From Octopus sinensis (Eukaryota): 64,000 nucleotides of DNA. The notes under the pieces are model-generated. The model was not told where the DNA came from and ran no database searches. It saw nothing but the letters and a program-made list of their open reading frames with translations. The stretch lies in assembly GCF_006345805.1 (NCBI RefSeq), contig NC_042999.1, forward strand, positions 20,956,001 through 21,020,000, given 5' to 3'. Position numbers and translations under genes: made by a program. Position 1 is the first letter of the stretch. Each line of letters opens with the position of its first letter. Below are positions 24,839 to 39,450 of this stretch, piece by piece.

Positions 24839-26942
24839 TGTGTGTGTAGCTGATATACTTATGTATGTATATATGATTCTATATGAACACATATTATTAT
24901 AGATGTGTGTGCCTGTTGGTAATCTCGTGTATGTATAAGTGTATATGTGCTGCGTAAATATATAAAGTTAATTTAAAATTTTATAACTTTAGATTTGTAT
25001 ATTTTTTACGCCCCATTCTATAATAAAAAAAAAATGGCGCAAATCTTTGCTTAGTCAATATTAGAGATTCATCTGAAAAAATATTCGGTTAATAAGAGAC
25101 AAATATTGAATTTTCTCTTTTATATTTTTGTACTCATATTTTCTTTAAATTTTTATATGTTCCATGATTTTCTTTCGTGTTATTTCCTTTACTTTTGTGC
25201 TTCGTACCGAGGTTGTTGTTTTTTTCTTACAGTTCTTTTCTGCATTCCTATGCCATCTGCTTTTCTTACCTTTTCATTATTCCATCTTTCATCTTTTCCT
25301 ATTTGTTATTTACTTTTAAACTTCCCCACACGTTTATTTGTTCTCTCGTATTTTCCTTTATTATTTCCTGTTCCTAACATTTCCTTCCCTATTTGCTTAT
25401 ATAAATATATTGCTGTGTAGTTAACAATGTAGAGAATAAATCATATAGTCTACGTAACAGACCACCTCGTAAAACATGTCAGCTGGTTCACTGAGAAAAC
25501 TTCCCTTACAAGAACTTTAAAAAAATACCCAACAAATTGTTTTAGTATATGTATTTTTTTTTTAACCGTCACTAAATTTCATTCTTCGTGCGCCAATCCT
25601 AACCTCACTTACCGCTAACCACTTAGTTTAAATATTTATCGCACCAATCATCTCCAGCTCCATCTACGCTCTTTTCCCAAACCGATACCAATTTGCAGTG
25701 ATCAAATACAGCATTAATCTCATAGATCTCACCTATTACAGATGAAATACTACGAACATCAACGGTTAGCAACATATTGAGATGGAAAACCAAACACACG
25801 AGAAATATCACAGATTAATTTTCAATACTGACCTAAATGATTGAACGGCATATTACGATTAATCAAAATTATGGTAATTAATAACGCCTATCAATGCTAT
25901 AATTTATTGAGTAGTTATTGACATGTAAGCTTTATGCCAATACTAACTTGACCTGATCTTTCATTCCTAATCCATATACTGTACAATGTATCATACCATT
26001 ATTTAAATTCTTTACTCTACCCATATTCCTATGCAGTGATTTATGGATGCATCACTGAAACAAAACAGCCCAATGGTTAATTATTTGAAAACTCTGTTCA
26101 TGTTTCGTGAGTTCAAATCCACTATTGGCGTTTCATTTCGTTATTTTTCACAGTTTCAGGGAAAATGAGTGAATGTATATGTGTCTGTATATGTCCACCT
26201 ATGATTTGGCTTCCCATAATAGTTCACAGTGTAGCATACTTTACTTGAATATTAGCACTGATTCTGGTTCCCCTTGTGTCTTCATGTTGAAGTTGGTCTA
26301 CTGAATACGCAAGGTACACAGTTTCTATACAGTCCTTATAGAACTGGTACAAATTCCTAATAGGTAATTCCTACGAATTAAGATGATATATATAAAGATT
26401 TATATTTGAGACATATTGTAATACTCTAACTATTAAACATTTTGCTTCTTATTCTAAGAATTATTTGAGAAATGAACCACCGGAAATCATTATTCAGAGA
26501 CGCTATATGAGGATGAGATAGCAGTAGTTACAATATTGTTAACCACTTTAATGCCGTCAACATCCAGACGTTAATTAAAACTAATAATGTGGTGTAGCAA
26601 AGTCTGCTAATTATATCCGTAAGTTATTGAAGCAACTCGAATATGTTCTAATTATATTAAACCTCTTCAGTGAAGTATACAAAATGCAATGAGTATCGGA
26701 ATTGCTGCTTAGTAAAAGAAGATATTACATCATTGATTTTTGTAATTATTTCGGTTAGGTACTGAAGACAACTAATAGTTTTAGGCCTTATTAGACTACT
26801 TCCACGAAGCATAGCTTGCTCTTTTGTATTAATTATTTTTCTAAATTTAATGCAGGTGTGTATTTTCAAAAGAGGGCTAAAGCTAGTCCAAGCTGTAAAA
26901 AAGCACATTCTACTTTACGTTATTTTCAGACCGTATTAATAT

Positions 26943-27360
26943 TTATTTCTTTATTGCCCACAAGGGGCTAAACGGGGAGGCGACAAACAAGGACAGACAA
27001 AGTGATTAAGTCGATTACATCGACCTCAGTGCGTAACTGGTACTTAATTTATCGACCCCGAAAGGATGAAAGGCAAAGTCGACCTCGGCGGAGTTTGAAC
27101 TCAAAAAGTAGCGACAGACGAAATACCTATTTCTTTACTACCCACAAGGGGCTAAACTGGGAGGGGACAAACAAGGACAGACAAAGTGATTAAGTCGATT
27201 ACATCGACCCCAGTGCATAACTGGTACTTAATTTTATCGACCCCGAAAGGATGAAAGGCAAAGTCGACCTCGGCGGAATTTGAACTCACAACGTAACGGC
27301 AGAGGAAATACGGCTACGCTTTTCGCCCGGCGTGCTAACGTTTCTGCCAGCTCGCCGCCT
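26943..27360 (-). mobile_element. SINE family A with duplicated body
   Basis: Head at 27360 (aggcggcgagctggcagaaacgttagcacg). The body occurs twice. Confidence 0.9.
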
Positions 27361-27749
27361 TATTACAGTTAATAATTGTAACCTAAACTATCCCCTGACG
27401 TTTCGTATCCGTTTGTTATCATCCACTGTTCATCCGTAATAATTCAATACTCGACGTCTTTCTTAATCGTTCCTTTCCCAAAACATATTACTCATCAAAA
27501 GTTAGTCATTTTCAAAATCACCTGCAGGCAGATTGCAAACAGATTCAAATATATATTTCATAACTCTCCGTATTTGGATATTAAACAGGATATTTTCTCT
27601 CGAGTCATATATTTGTACATGAAAACAATCATGTTAGTTTGCATCTGCTATTATTCTAACTAGGAAGAATATATTGAGAGTTTTTACATTTAAGTAGATT
27701 TTAGTATTCCATGTTGTCAATGAAACCAAAATTTCACTGCCTAATGTAA

Positions 27750-27981
27750 GGCGGGGTACTGTCAGAAATGTTAGCACGCCGGGCGAAATGCTTAGCAGTA
27801 TTTCGCCTGGCGCTATGTTCTGAGTTTAAATTCCACCGAGGTTGACTGTGCCTTTCATCCTTACAGGGTCGATGAATTAAGTACCAGTTATGCTCTGGGG
27901 CCGATATAATCGATTTAATCCATTTGTCTGTTCTTGTTTGTCCTCTCTTTGTTTAGCGCCTTGTGGGCAGTAAAGAAATAA
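27750..27981 (+). mobile_element. SINE family A
   Basis: Colinear with the family consensus. Confidence 0.85.
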
Positions 27982-28270
27982 GAATTCCACTACCTAATGT
28001 TGGTTTCGGCAACAATCGTATGAACACTATATATATATATAGCATAATTAAATCTCAGAATGAGATTGAAACAGTAATCGCTCGATAATGTAAAGTATAG
28101 AAGCTATCTTATCATGGCTAACCACATAGGGGAGGGGGTGTTACTCTAGCTTTATAGCCCCAAGAGATCGTCGTCTCTAGCTGGCTTTAGACACCATATC
28201 AGTGCCCTTGAAGTATTTGCAAAGGGAGGCCATCCCTTCCTCGCAAGCCTGAGTGATACGTTCGGACTAG

Positions 28271-28334
<64 letters not shown>

Positions 28335-30214
28335 CGTAAAATGTTCGACTGAGCCCATCAAATATACTGTATTGAAAGAAGTACCACGAACATATTCATA
28401 TGAATCTTTGTGTGAATGAGCAGTGAGAATTTTCGGTGTTAGCCTTGTAGTGTTACATTTTTCTGGCATGCAATTGCTGCCTCCATATTGGGCGGTTGGC
28501 ATATTAAAATTAAGTTAGAGAGAGATAATAGATCTAATGTCTGTTAAATGACGGTGTCCTTCACAAAGCTAGTCACTTTGTAATAATTCTGTGAATAGCT
28601 GCAAAAACATACTTAATATCTTATGTAAGAGCAGGTTATCACATCCAGCCGAAACACAAGTTTTGCAAACTGGGTTAGTACATTTCTTTCAAATGCAATA
28701 CTCACACTGAAGATGAAGGTTTTCCCTCGTTTCCAAGCTTAGGCTTGGGACATGTTCTCATGTAACCCAGGATGAAAAGCAAAGTTTTCATTGAAGCGCC
28801 AACAAGCAGAAGGTATTTTCCACCAATGACGTTAGTGTTACCTCTGTCTGAAGTTCGAGCGAAAACCTTAAATGCAAATCTGTTTAAGTTTGTGGGCTCA
28901 TCGCATAATTTCAGCTGTTCCGCTTTAGAACACCAGAATTCTCCTAATCTTCGTATTTTGCATAAAATTATCATTGCTTAAGAAATATTGAAGTGCAACT
29001 TAAATTTAGAACTTAGATAAGTCTATGGTAAATCAAACATTTTAAAGGATCGAAATTTTAGGAAAAGCATAGATCGAAAAATGTTATGCCATTTCAGTAT
29101 ATTTTTTAGCCACTGTCTGTATGTGTTTTGGGGACTCAAAGTAACAGACGATGGGATAGGTGGCACTCATGATAACGGATAGCCTTTATGATCGGAAAAT
29201 GCAACGCCATAACCCCCCTCCAAAGTTGTGCTCTAGTTTGAATATTTATTTCAAGTGACATCTCTAGCAAGTCTTGCGTTATGCTCATACAATCATAACA
29301 GCGCATTGAAGATGTGAAAAATTTCGGGAAGAAATATTATATTGTGTAGGAAATATCTGAGACTTACATACATTAAAATTCTTCATTTAAGCCGCATATA
29401 ATCAAATCGTTGATACGTAGTTGCATCCTTTACTCTTTTGCTTGTCTCAGCTATGCAGTCGGCTGCGGTCATGCTGGATCACCATAAGAAGTAAAATAAT
29501 GTCTTTTATTGTTTCTATTTTAAATGTGTATGTAATAGTATCAAATAACAGCTGTAGGATATGTTATAACATTAGCTGAGACAATATCAAGCGACGATTA
29601 CATTCCGCATAAAAATAGAGAGCACATATTAGAAATCTCGTTTTTAAAATTCCTCTTTTAAACGATATCGAGATTTATTTTTAAAATTCCTCATTTAAAA
29701 TACTGCAACATTCAAACGCAAAATATGCAGATCGCTCTAGTATACGTAACAGGAGGAAAAATATTCCAAATTAGAACTCTCTGTGTACGTAGGGCACTCA
29801 GCTAAATACACGGGTTTACACGGCACTTGTGTTCCGATCTGTACATTTCAGGCGAGGATCGTGGGGACTTTTATAGAATTTTGCGAAGCATAAACTGTGT
29901 ATTTTATGTATAATTCAGTAAATTTATAACCTCCTTTGTTAATGTATTTCTGTTTCAACGTCTCTGTTTCACTTCTTTCTGATTATTATCCCATGAATCT
30001 ATTCATATACAGGAGTTTTGTGTCGTAGGTTTAATCGTATTTTGCTAATGTATTTACGTTACTGTGAAACAAGTTACGTCACAAAACGGTTTGAAAACCA
30101 CATTTAATACTTAAATGATTATAGAACGTAACTAAACATTCTGCTGACTTCTGCTTCTTAATTGAATATACGGCAAATTATTATATTAAGTTATTACTTA
30201 AGCTTAACGTTACT

Positions 30215-30601
30215 GGATGGAAGCACTCCGTCGGTTACGACGACGAGGGTTTCGGTTGATCCGATCAACGGAACAGCTTGCTCGTGAAATTAACGTGTAA
30301 GTGGCTGAGCACTCCACAGACACGTGTACCTTAAACGTAGTTCTCGGGGATATTCAGCGTGATACAGAGAGTGACAAGGCCGGCCCTTTAAAATACAGGT
30401 ACAACAGAAACAGGAAGTAAGAGTGAAAGAAAGTTGTGGTGAAAGAGTACAGCAGGGATCACCACCATGCCCTGCCGGAGCCTCGTGGAGCTTATAGGTG
30501 TTTTCGCTCAATAAACACTCACAACGCCCGGTCTGGGAATCGAAACCGCGATCCTATGACCGCGAGTTCGCTGCCCTAACCACTGGGCCATTGCGCCTCC
30601 A
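30215..30601 (-). mobile_element. SINE family C, full length, 12-bp TSD
   Basis: Reverse complement of 22421-22810. TSD cttaacgttact at 30203-30214 and 30602-30613. Confidence 0.93.
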
Positions 30602-30953
30602 CTTAACGTTACTACGTTCACGCTTGTTTAGATTTAGATACTCATTTCTTGGAAAGTTGAGTAGTACCTTTCACACACACATACATTATCCATATATATA
30701 TTATTCAAACAAATTCCAACTCTGTTTTTTTGTTTTATTTATATTCTTTATAGTATTAATGTACAATATAGAATACATAGTATAAAAAGTATATATAGTG
30801 GTATAATGAAATGAAGTATTGATTGTCTTATTGAATAGATGAATTATTGAATATAAAATATTAAGGGTTGAGTATACTTTCTTGCATTAACGCAGTCTTC
30901 AAGGTCCCAGGTTGTGACAGGAGTGTTTCAACAATATATATATATATATATAT

Positions 30954-31342
30954 ATCGTATATTTAAAAGTCAAGTTGTGTGTCTGTCTCACAACTTGACT
31001 ACTCCCACATTTTGCGGTGCAGTCTAACCAACACCGGGTATCGTATAGTCGTGATTCATATCGAGCCCTTCTGGGTATTAGCGCGTGTCTACGATGAGTC
31101 TACGATTTAAAAAATAATTTACCATCATCTTTTTCCATTTCAATGCATTTTTCGCTATTATATAAGGGAAGTAACTCCCTAAAAATGTCTACGATGAGTC
31201 AACGATTTAAAAAAAAAAAAATTACCATCCTTTTTTTTCCATTTTTAATGCATTTTTTTGCTATTTTTTGGCTAAAACTCTCTAAAAATTCTTATATAGT
31301 TATTTCCCTTACAAACCTGAGCAACGCCGGGCGATACTGCTA

Positions 31343-31344
<2 letters not shown>
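30954..31344 (-). mobile_element. Non-autonomous Helitron-like element
   Basis: Reverse complement homolog of 33167-33569, including the ~100-bp internal duplication. Confidence 0.7.
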
Positions 31345-31396
<52 letters not shown>

Positions 31397-31414
31397 GCAT
31401 ATGTTTTCAAGATA

Positions 31415-31790
31415 TATTCTTTTATTCTTCTACTTGTTTCTTTCATCTGACTGTGGCTATGCTGGAGCGCGCCTCAGAATTTATGCTTTGTAAGCCTGGT
31501 ACTTATGCTATGGGACTCTTTTGCCGAACTGTTAAGTTACAGGGACGTAAACACAGCAGTATCGGTTGTCATTCGATGTTGGGGACACACACACACACAC
31601 ACAGACACATATATATACGTCACACACGACGCAGGCACATTTCCACAAATATAAGGCGGGGTATACACACAAATATACAAAATTCCTTCACACAATTCCC
31701 TTTAACCAAATTCACTCACTAAGCAATGGACCGCCCGGAGCTATAGTAGACGTCACTTGCTGAATGTGGCATACAGTTGGACTAAACCTG
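31415..31790 (-). mobile_element. SINE family B, degenerate
   Basis: ctgtggctatgctggagcgc, gacgtaaacacagcagtatcggttgtc, gctatagtagacg motifs. Confidence 0.65.
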
Positions 31791-32259
31791 AAACCATGAG
31801 GAAGAGCGTAGGCTCGAAACGTAAAAGAATTTCTCACCTTCCCAGGCGTTAAACTAATACACCTGTTTGTTGTTTACACACCTGTCTTCGATTATTGTAA
31901 ATTCCAAGGATATAAAATTAGCTTGTTAACCATACAGCCATGCAGAGCAATATAATACTTTAAGGGAACAATATTTCACAGGTGCATTATTAGAATATTA
32001 ATATATCAAAATAGGAATGATGTGAAACCATGTCTTTCACAATCTAAATTTACTTTTATCGGAGTATCTCATTAAAATATCTATTATATAAAGACATATA
32101 TCTGCAATACTAAACCGGTAGAAATTGCTCCAATATCGTGATTATTGACGAGAAAATAATGATAATGAAAATGAATATGAATATCAGGAACAAACAAGGA
32201 AGCAAGCAGCTGGAGGCTAAAACAGAGTGACGAGGTGAAAAGAGAAAAGAACCTTTTTA

Positions 32260-32833
32260 TTGGGTTGTCCGGAAAGTTCGTGCCGATTTTTAAAGGAAAC
32301 AAAAAGGTCAATAAATACTTTCCATTACCCAAGCTTTACCAGGTGCTCATGAACGGTGGATTTTGATAGGTTGAGGTTTTGTTCCAATTCTTGGGTTGTG
32401 CACTGTGGGTTATTCTCAATTAATGACTTGATTTGGTCATCATCTGTAGCGTAAGGTCTGCCTGATCGCTCTTTATCAATAAGGCTACAATCTCCAGCTC
32501 GGAACCTTGCGAACCAATTCCGTAAAGTTCTTTCGGATAAAGGAACATCACAATAAACTGCGCATATTTCTTTGGTTGCTTGTGAGGCATATTTCCCTTT
32601 ACGGAAAAAGAAAAGCATCAAGTGCCGAAAATGAACTTTCTTATCTTCGAATTTAAAGCGTTACAGAATTAACACAGATTATAGGAACATAAACCTTCTT
32701 CCTCGAAAAGATATCTTAAACAGTGCTCTAAATGGATGTGTAGTTCAATCCTATTTTATAAACTCAAACATGTTCTAAAATAAGTCGAAAGGTAAGCTAC
32801 TATAAATCGGCACGAACTTTCCGGACAACCCAA
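32260..32833 (-). mobile_element. Internally deleted mariner element with 30-bp TIRs and TA TSD
   Basis: TIRs ttgggttgtccggaaagttcgtgccgattt / aaatcggcacgaactttccggacaacccaa. N-terminal HTH region HFRHLMLFFFRKGK..NWFARFRAG..RSGRP. Catalytic domain absent. The 5' end is duplicated at 32859-33013. Confidence 0.92.
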
Positions 32834-33166
32834 TATTTATGTATCACATGTATATGTCATAGGAACATAAACCTTCTTCCACGAAAAGATAGCTTAAACT
32901 GCGCTGTACATGGAGGTGTAGTCAAATCCTATCTTATGGACTCAAATATGTTCTAAAATAAGTCGAAAGTTAAGCTACTAGAAATCCGCACGAACTTTCC
33001 GGACAACCCAATATTTTTTATGTTGTGTATACAACATTGTATATTTGAAAATACTGTCCTTATCCTCTGCCTTTTCAGTGCTTTTATGAAGAGGATCAAT
33101 GTGAATGCTTTCTCCATCCAAATTTATGTACGTGTGTCGGTTTGTGAAAATCTCAGTATATTTACC

Positions 33167-33569
33167 ACTAGCAGTATTGCCGGCGTTGATCGGGTTTGTA
33201 AGGGAAATAACTATATAAGCATTTTTAGAGAGTTATAGCCAAAAAATAACAAAAAAATGCATTAAAAATGGAAAAAAAATTATGGTAATTTTTTTTTTAA
33301 ATCGTTGACTCATTGTATACATTTTTAGAGAGTTACTTCCCTTATATAATAGCAAAAAAAATGCATTGAAATGGAAAAAGATGATGGTAAATTATTTTTT
33401 AAATCGTAGACTCATCGTAGACGCGCGCTAATACCCAGAAGGGCTTGATATGCGTCACGACTATAAGATACCCGCTTTTGGTTAAACTGCACAACAAAAT
33501 GTGGGAGTAGTTAGGAATCTAAATCGTAGGAGACAGACAGCACACAACCTCACTTTTATATATAAAGAT
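33167..33569 (+). mobile_element. Non-autonomous Helitron-like element
   Basis: ACTAGC start, ttttatatataaagat end, internal duplication. Homologs at 5847 and 30954. Confidence 0.7.
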
Positions 33570-34427
33570 TTCAATTTTGAGCCATTAGGCATCTTTGTTC
33601 TCCGGTAAAATTTTGTGAAAACATATTTTATTCTTGTTCTCATTGGATGTTAAAACTTTTGTTCTTCCAACATCTAATTACTTCGTTCAACACTTTTCTA
33701 CATTTCTTTGAATCATTTTTCGCTCAAAAATATTTCATATTTTCTAATTACTGTCTCCATTTGATTTTCAATTCCTTTTTCAAATCGTTTCTATATTTCT
33801 CTCCTTTTCTGTTTTTTTTTTCCGCTGGTAATTAACGGAGACATCCTCGTTCTCCTTCATTGTATTCATAGCATAGCGAAGCGGAGACAGCAATGATAAA
33901 CAAAAAACAACATTAGCAATTAGATAATTAATGCTTTACAGACATTTCGAGAGGCCAATCAGTCTGAAAACTACAACATCAGACAGGAGAAGCCAGGCAC
34001 AATCATCCATGTCTATTATAATTTATATTTCATAATACCTACAGCAATAAGTCTCTTAATTAGAAGATGCTATTAAACAAAACAGAATTTTGAAGATATT
34101 TCCTCAGTCGCTAAGGTCTATTATTTCAAAAATAACTCACACAATATTAAGAATCTTAAAGATGAAAATCTGCTTTCAGTGCTTTATCTAATAAGGTGAT
34201 ATTTCGATGTAAATTCAGCTCATGTGCAAAAGTTTTTATATTGCATTTCCTCTTTTGGTGAGCATTATCTCTTATCGCTCTGCATGAGCAGCTTGGCTTT
34301 CTGCTAAATTTGAAACTATTTACTAATACTTTCTTTGTTAGGAGTCAGGCAACTGAACATCCTCAGAATGCACATATACATGTTTGTGTGCATTCACGCA
34401 CATGTATGTATGTATTATGTATATATG

Positions 34428-34516
<89 letters not shown>

Positions 34517-34532
34517 ACACACGTGTGTTTTT

Positions 34533-34684
34533 GCGTGCAGGAGTGACTGTGTGGTAAGAATCTTGCTTACCGACCTCATGGTTCTGGGTTCAGTCTCACT
34601 AAGTAGCACCTTCTGCAAGTGACTTCTATAGCCTCGGGCCGACCAAAGCCTTGTGAATGGATTTGTTAGGTGGAAACTGAGAGA

Positions 34685-34740
<56 letters not shown>

Positions 34741-34938
34741 ACTGTGTTCGTCCCCACCACCATCGCTTGATAATCGATGTTGGTGTGGTTACGTCCCTGT
34801 AACTTAGCGGTCCAGCAAAAGTGTCCGATAGAATAAGTACTAGGCTTACAAAGAATAAGTCCTGGGGTCGATTTTTTTTTACTAAAGGTGGTGCTGCAGC
34901 ATGGCCGCAGTCAAATTACTGAAAGAAGTAAAAGAATA
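34533..34938 (+). mobile_element. SINE family B, near full length
   Basis: Colinear with 16786-17197. Confidence 0.88.
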
Positions 34939-35772
34939 ACAGATATATCAACACTTTTATATACTTTTGCGTATGTGTGTGTCTGTGTTTGTTTGTGAAT
35001 ATAGATGTATGCATCGTCTGATTATTATCATTTTGTTTTTCTTTGAAGGATGTTGTTCTACCGAAACTGCGATACTTTTAGGTTTTAGAAGAATAAAAAT
35101 AGAGTTTGCAAATGTAGAAACGAAAGTTACGTATATTGTGTTTCTCTCTTGATATATATGTAAATTCCGCAAAGAATAAAAGAAATTTGCTGCATGATTT
35201 AAGTGAATTCATATCTTGCACGTTGTATTGTGAGCATTTTGTTCAGTTTTCTTTCGCCGTATAATTCTATACAAAAACAGTATGTGAATAGAGAAAAGTC
35301 ACTATTTTCTTGTTGAAATCGCAAATGTGCTCATAATTTATATATATTTTCTTATATGTATGTATTAACAGCAGACTTTAGTCGGAAAATTATGCTGCTG
35401 AAGGTCGATGTAAATACGTACAAACGTTAGGCCACCTGCAAAATTAGACATGTAAATGATATAAAAATAAGTTTTGTGAATACAACGTGTTTTCTTGCCA
35501 CGACTGAGCTCTATGTCAGCAGCAATAATGATTTATTGCATAACTTGTATCCTTTATCGCTTACTTGTTTCACTCATTCTCTTGAGACCGTGCTGGAGCA
35601 CGGAAGTGAAGAGTTTCAGTCGACCAAATTGGCCCCGTTAATTATACGTCTTTTCTCAGATCTGGTATTTTTTGTATCAGGTGTATTGTTGAAGAGATAT
35701 CCGTGTTAACGGACGTAAACAAGAAGTGCTGCATGGGAGGATAACACAGACACACACCCACATTCTCACACG

Positions 35773-35872
<100 letters not shown>

Positions 35873-35954
35873 AAGAGATAATGGTGCCATTGAGACCCAA
35901 CGGTGTCAGGTAATGCTGTCACAGTCGAAACGGAGTTAATTTTTCCTCTCACAC

Positions 35955-36005
35955 AGTCTCTGATGAACGGATACTATTAAATATCCTAGAAACAGCTGTA
36001 AGACC
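35955..36005 (+). ncRNA. Minimal type I hammerhead ribozyme
   Basis: gtct-CTGATGA-acggata..tatcc-ta-GAAAC-agct-GTA-agac. Helix III palindrome ACAGCTGT. Second copy at 44887-44938. Confidence 0.7.
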
Positions 36006-36065
36006 TATCTATAAATGCTCTAATAGCTATACAGCTTTTGTTCTTTTATCTCATTACGTAAAAAA

Positions 36066-36139
<74 letters not shown>

Positions 36140-36169
36140 TATACACACATATGTATATACCAGTAGTAT

Positions 36170-36620
36170 CCACCGTAACCCGTTTGGTTTCAACCACTCC
36201 AAGTTGAAAATGTCGTTGCGCGGCGGCAACGGAAAAGATACTATTTCGAACTTCATGCAAAGTAAACCTTAAATAACACAGTTCTTCTGCGTTTGGTGTG
36301 ACAACATAAACACGACGAAGTGTTTCTTCTTCGGAAATGTTCAAATGGTTCAACTTCTTCATCGCTTTCTTCTTTGCCATTTTTTATTACTATCGTTCCA
36401 AGTGAAACACATGGATACTTCAGCATAAAATAATATTTTTGCAAAGTCTTCATTGATGTCCAATGAAAAGAATTTTCTCAACGTTGTTCTCATATATCGT
36501 TCATTGACCAGACATAAACATCCTCAGTATTTTCGAGTGCCTTTGATCGGGTACACAAAAATATGTGGCCAGCCAGGCGGAATCAGCGAACTGCTACACT
36601 CTGTGACATTGGTCATGACT
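36170..36620 (-). pseudogene. Helitron RepHel fragment, frameshifted
   Basis: RTTLRKFFSLDINEDFAKILFYAEVSMCFTWNDSNKKWQRR and [26 protein letters not shown] match the RepHel inter-domain motifs (LLY.E...FTWN; GR.Y.VHP...YLRLLL.VRGP). Confidence 0.65.
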
Positions 36621-37857
36621 TTGCCTCGCTTTCCTTAGAACATTCTCATTTGTGACTCGGTCCGCCCAAGGCTTGTATGATATGGTATGATACTATGTTA
36701 CATTAGCTCTGAGAATATCGAAAACCAATATTTAGATATGGTTTAAATGAGGATCGAAAGCGACACTACTGAAACGGAATTTGCCAAATGTTCTACTGCC
36801 ACTCTGATTCAACGTAATAGAAAACAAATATTTGAGATGAAGATATACAGATCATTGCAGAGAAAACGATGTATGATATATCAATACATATATGTGTGTT
36901 AATAAGACTTTTGTACATTCTAGAATAGTGGAAAAAAAAATCAATTATGGCATTTACTTTTAGAATGTTGAAATTCGACGGAAGTGTCAAATCATATTGA
37001 CAAACAGAAAATCTATATTCTGCTGTATGAAAGCGATTGTCAAAGGCCACTTACTATATGTCAAAATCACACACAAGTGTATAATTATATTGATATTCAT
37101 ACAGATATAACAAAGTGTGTTTTAGACCAGAAAGAAAAACATTATTTAATAATGAAATGTGAAGTAACAAACATTCATAACGCATTAATGCCCGGCTTTT
37201 TATCGGCTTCAGTTATCGTAAATGTTTATATTATATTAGGCAAAAACAATTCTATGAACTATAAATTATTCTATTATTATTCATCGTAATCGATGCGATC
37301 TGAGTTTCGTGAATGGGTGCAGATACTTTGGACGGTAACAATAATTCATTTTACAAATATATCTTACGTAATTACATTTTTGATGGGTAGCATCATAATG
37401 TTTTGCTATTACTGGTATTATATAGCCGCTAGTATGATATTAAGAAGTTAACACTTAAGACTTGTATTTGAATTGTTCAACGAGGAAAGTGGGAAGCGCA
37501 TATGAAATAAAACTTTTATTATAGCCTAAGGAAATGTCCTTAAGGTTAAGACTTTAGGAATACATTCAGCAAAGAGACTCAGGCAATATATCTGCGGTTC
37601 TGATTCCAGCAAATATAGATATTTGCTATATATTCAGAGATATGTTATCGAATATTAAAGAAGCATGTAGATAGTAAGGAATAGTGAAGGAATAAAGTTT
37701 TGTGATTCAAATCTTACTAAAACGCAATGCGCACTGTCTCGACAAATCTTCTCGTAGACGACAAATGCTAAAATACGTCAGATAATACCTGCAGGTGGCG
37801 TTGTTGTGTGACATGATTTCATCGAATTTCAGATTGGCAGCGACAGTCAGTCAAACA

Positions 37858-39450
37858 GATGTTTCGGCAAAAACTGGCCGAGGCCATGTCTAAGTTAATA
37901 GCGCCATCTGCTACGATCTTTTAAGGCATTATTAAGTCAGGTTATGTCGTATCATGGCCCATTCAAGGTGGGATTTTTTTGTCGATTGATATGTATCCAA
38001 GTATTATTAGTGTATCTGGTATTCCCTTAACGAAATAGTCTAGGTTTCTTTTAAAGGCGATGGGATCTTTTTTTTCTTTGATTTGTTTTCGGATAAAGTT
38101 ATACAAAGCAGGGCTTGTTGAGCTAGTGAAATTCTGTTACAATGAATTTATGTGTCATGAACCAGAATTGTGTAAGGCATGTTTGACACGTGACCTCAGG
38201 CTTAGAGGAATCTTGAATTTGATAAGGTCATTTGGACAATGATAGTGTTATTTTCTCAACATTGTCCAAATTATGTAGTGGCCACCGTGGTATTGGAGAG
38301 AATATTATTGGAGAGAATAAACTTGCAATATTTTAAACCAGTCTCAACAATCAAGATTATTCATGTCTTTTAATTTTTCTTATTGATTGCTCTTTGTTGT
38401 GATTCATTTCTCATACTGCATTGCTTGGTGGGGAGAGACCACAGTGGGCAGAAATATTCTAGATATGGACTTAAGAATTCTTGCTCTCCGAAACGACAAG
38501 TTCTGAGGATTCACCTCATCCTGCGAGCCATGGCAATTTTATTGTCGATGTGAGTACTCCAGCGAAGATTGTTCTCTCTGATATTATGAGATACTGTGAG
38601 CAGTTTCCGGAAGGAAGAGGATAAGGTTGTTTAGGTGCATCCTCTCTTCCAATGTTCAGATGAGTTCCGATTTCAGCTGAATTCAGATTTACCTCATTTA
38701 ATAGCATATTGTTGTTCTCCTCTTATTGCCTAACTGCATGTAGATCAAACTGGATTTCGTTTCGGTTTTCTCCACTGATAATTATCTGAAGCCTGGAGTC
38801 GCATGCTAATATATTTATGTTTCTATGCTTGAGATATCTTTTATACAGATTATAGAAAAAAGAAGCGGGTCCAAAACAATCCCCTAGAGGACACCACTGG
38901 TTTCTTGGCGGTTTTGTTGGGATTGAATGGATCATCACCCACCCCGATCGGAACACTATGTTCATTTCATCAGAAAATAATTAATCCACTTAAACGGTCT
39001 CCAACAGAATCCAATACTGGACAAGTTTAAATGGAAGATATTTTAGTTTATTCTGTCGAACTCTGCTGAATTCAAGATACATAAGAACCTGATCACAAAG
39101 CATTAATGACATCACCGAAGTGATGTAAAAGCTGTGTGGGCAGTCCCTAACACAGCGAATGCCATGCTGTTTGAAATTAAGAAGATTGAGGATATCCAGG
39201 GAGAGAGTTATCCTTCATCTCCACACTCTTTGAGATACTTTGGTCATATGGAAGTTGAGTGAGATTGACCGATAGGTAACTAAAAGAGATCTGTTTCCCT
39301 TTTCGAAGACCGAGATGACAAGTTGAGATAAGAAATGTTTCTGGATATAACCTGAGCTAAATATGTTTCTCGAAAGATATATTTGAAGGGTTGCAAGTAG
39401 GTGTCTGTATTCTTTCGGGACACTAGTGAAATATTTATCAGAACCTACTG
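37858..39450 (-). mobile_element. Old CR1 LINE remnant (same family as 3041-5051)
   Basis: 3' end gtttcggc..aggccatgtctaagttaatagc is homologous to 3067-3110. TYRSISLNFHMTKV at 39215-39290. Confidence 0.7.

Noticed and set aside
27385-27445. Possible minus-strand hammerhead (cggatga...gaaacgtcagg)
   Set aside because: Core is non-canonical and stems I and II do not pair convincingly.
28702-28981. Overlapping open frames on both strands in a non-repeat block
   Set aside because: No recognisable domain or convincing splice pair; lengths are within chance expectation.
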